From assembly GCA_001662655.1 (NCBI GenBank), contig KV460217.1: a DNA stretch of 64,000 nt, one strand, 5' to 3'. Positions 62,666-64,000 of the stretch are shown here, one piece after another. Both the position numbers and the translations under genes were made by a program. Positions within the stretch are counted from its first letter, which is position 1. Each line of letters starts with the position of its first letter. The notes beneath the pieces were generated by a model. It saw only the letters and a list, made by a program, of their open reading frames with translations. It ran no database searches and was not told the DNA's origin. The stretch is from Pseudogymnoascus verrucosus (Eukaryota).

Positions 62666-64000
62666 GCTGAATAAATATAAACGAAAGGCTGGCCAGCAGC
62701 TTTGAGCGAATAAGAAGAGAGGGAATGGAAGGGAAAAGAGAAGCGAAAAGAACAAAGCACAAGCGTCAAGCTGATGGAGAGAGAATTCAGATGAGAGCAC
62801 GAATACAAGAGCAGATTTGAGTCCTTTATGACTGATTCCTTGGCCCGCGTAGACTGGATGTCGATGGGATGAGAAAACACGCTAAGTCTTCGCGAGGCGC
62901 TCTGGGGAAGGGGAAAGGGAGGTTGTTCGGGCCATGGTGGAGTTCATGATAGTCTCAGAAGGTGTTCCAAGACCGTTGCACCAGGTGCCCAAGCGTTGAT
63001 GTCTCTTTTTGAGAGTATTCCCAGTATGTTCGTAGTGGCATTCTCGCATGGGTGAGAAATGCCGCAGTCTATCATGGCCCGTCGAGGAAAGATGAGCCGC
63101 AAGCGACAGACCTCGCCTGTGTTCCAGGCCAGGGCGGGTTTCGCCATGGCGTCGAGAAAGCTTGAGTGCCCTATAAACAGCAGTCACGAGTGATACAGAT
63201 CGGCCAGACCCCACTGTCTGCCGCCAGCCGTTGGTGGGATAAATGATGGGGTTCAAACAAACCAGCGCCGAGACAACTCACGTCGGCGCGTGGTGCCAAG
63301 ATGCCATCCAATGGAGGGTTATCTGCTGGCTGGAGCAGTTTCACAGTCCGGGGAAAGTTTCCTGGGTCTGTATAGAGAATAGCCCGTATGGGAGAGCCCG
63401 TATGTGGAGCGATGTACGAAGTAGCATGGTTTGGTGATGTTTGAGCCCGCCGCGCATAGACTTTCCCCACCCTTCTCCACCAAGTGTCGGAGTTCCAGTA
63501 TCAGAATCCCAGGGCGACGGTGATTGAGGCTCTCATAAAGATAAAAAATGGATTTTTGTGCTCTTTGTGCTTTTTATGAATTTTGCGATTGGTGGAAAAG
63601 GAGACATTGCAAGGTAGCTGCGACGCGACTTGTCTTGGTATCGCTTAATTGTGAGGAAAGGGGATCTCCAAGGGACTTGGCTCCGAAACATCTGGAGCAT
63701 CATCGACCACAACGTCAAACCAAGAGGCGACGCAATTGCTCAAATAGGACAATTTCCGATGCGCAAAGGGCCTATTGTGGTTCTACTCTGATATATTTCG
63801 GTATATTCTGGTATATACTCCAACGAACATGATACAGGACTCCCCTGGAACTCGGTGCCGTCGTAACCGCCATCCCTGATGCTTGAGCAGTGGCATCACG
63901 AGGTAGGCGTCTGAGTGCTAAGCATCTGCGATTTCCCTTGACCATGTCCAATCCCCCCCGCTGGAAATATTGAATATCTCCAAGTTGACCTTCATTTCTA

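Noticed and set aside
1..64000. tRNA, rRNA or Starship captain (tyrosine recombinase) genes
   Set aside because: None recognised by eye; tRNAscan-SE, Infernal and HMM searches would be needed to exclude them.

Overview
Filamentous ascomycete (Pezizomycotina) genomic DNA with short GT-AG introns and RIP-like C>T/G>A decay. (1) 178-7973: a full-length, nonsense-riddled Ty3/gypsy chromovirus with 299-bp LTRs and a GCTAT TSD. It has a self-priming PBS, a -1 gag/pol frameshift signal and an extra antisense two-intron gene with a Zn-cluster-like motif, and it sits next to a more decayed LTR of the same family. (2) 9-21 kb: accessory genes (Zn2Cys6 TF, alpha/beta hydrolase, truncated P450 pseudogene, Upc2-like TF, a small 8-Cys secreted-protein candidate missing from the ORF track, and a 717-aa orphan). 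(3) 24-53 kb: a multi-zinc-finger TF, beta-lactamase-family esterase, ACS-type MFS permease, Rad14/XPA, Pho88/Snd3, striatin, an intronless PDR ABC transporter, a WSC protein, Gpi19/PIG-P and a DHA2-type MFS. (4) 51-63 kb: the main candidate for a new system. A secreted tandem-repeat precursor with at least 13 HHKG-core repeats, each after a Kex2-like [LIV]xxR site and mostly after Ste13-type SP/EP dipeptides, lies near a DUF3328/UstYa oxidase, a GNAT-like transferase and an MFS exporter. This resembles a fungal RiPP/KEP locus with a non-aromatic His/Lys core. All calls come from reading the sequence; no searches were run.
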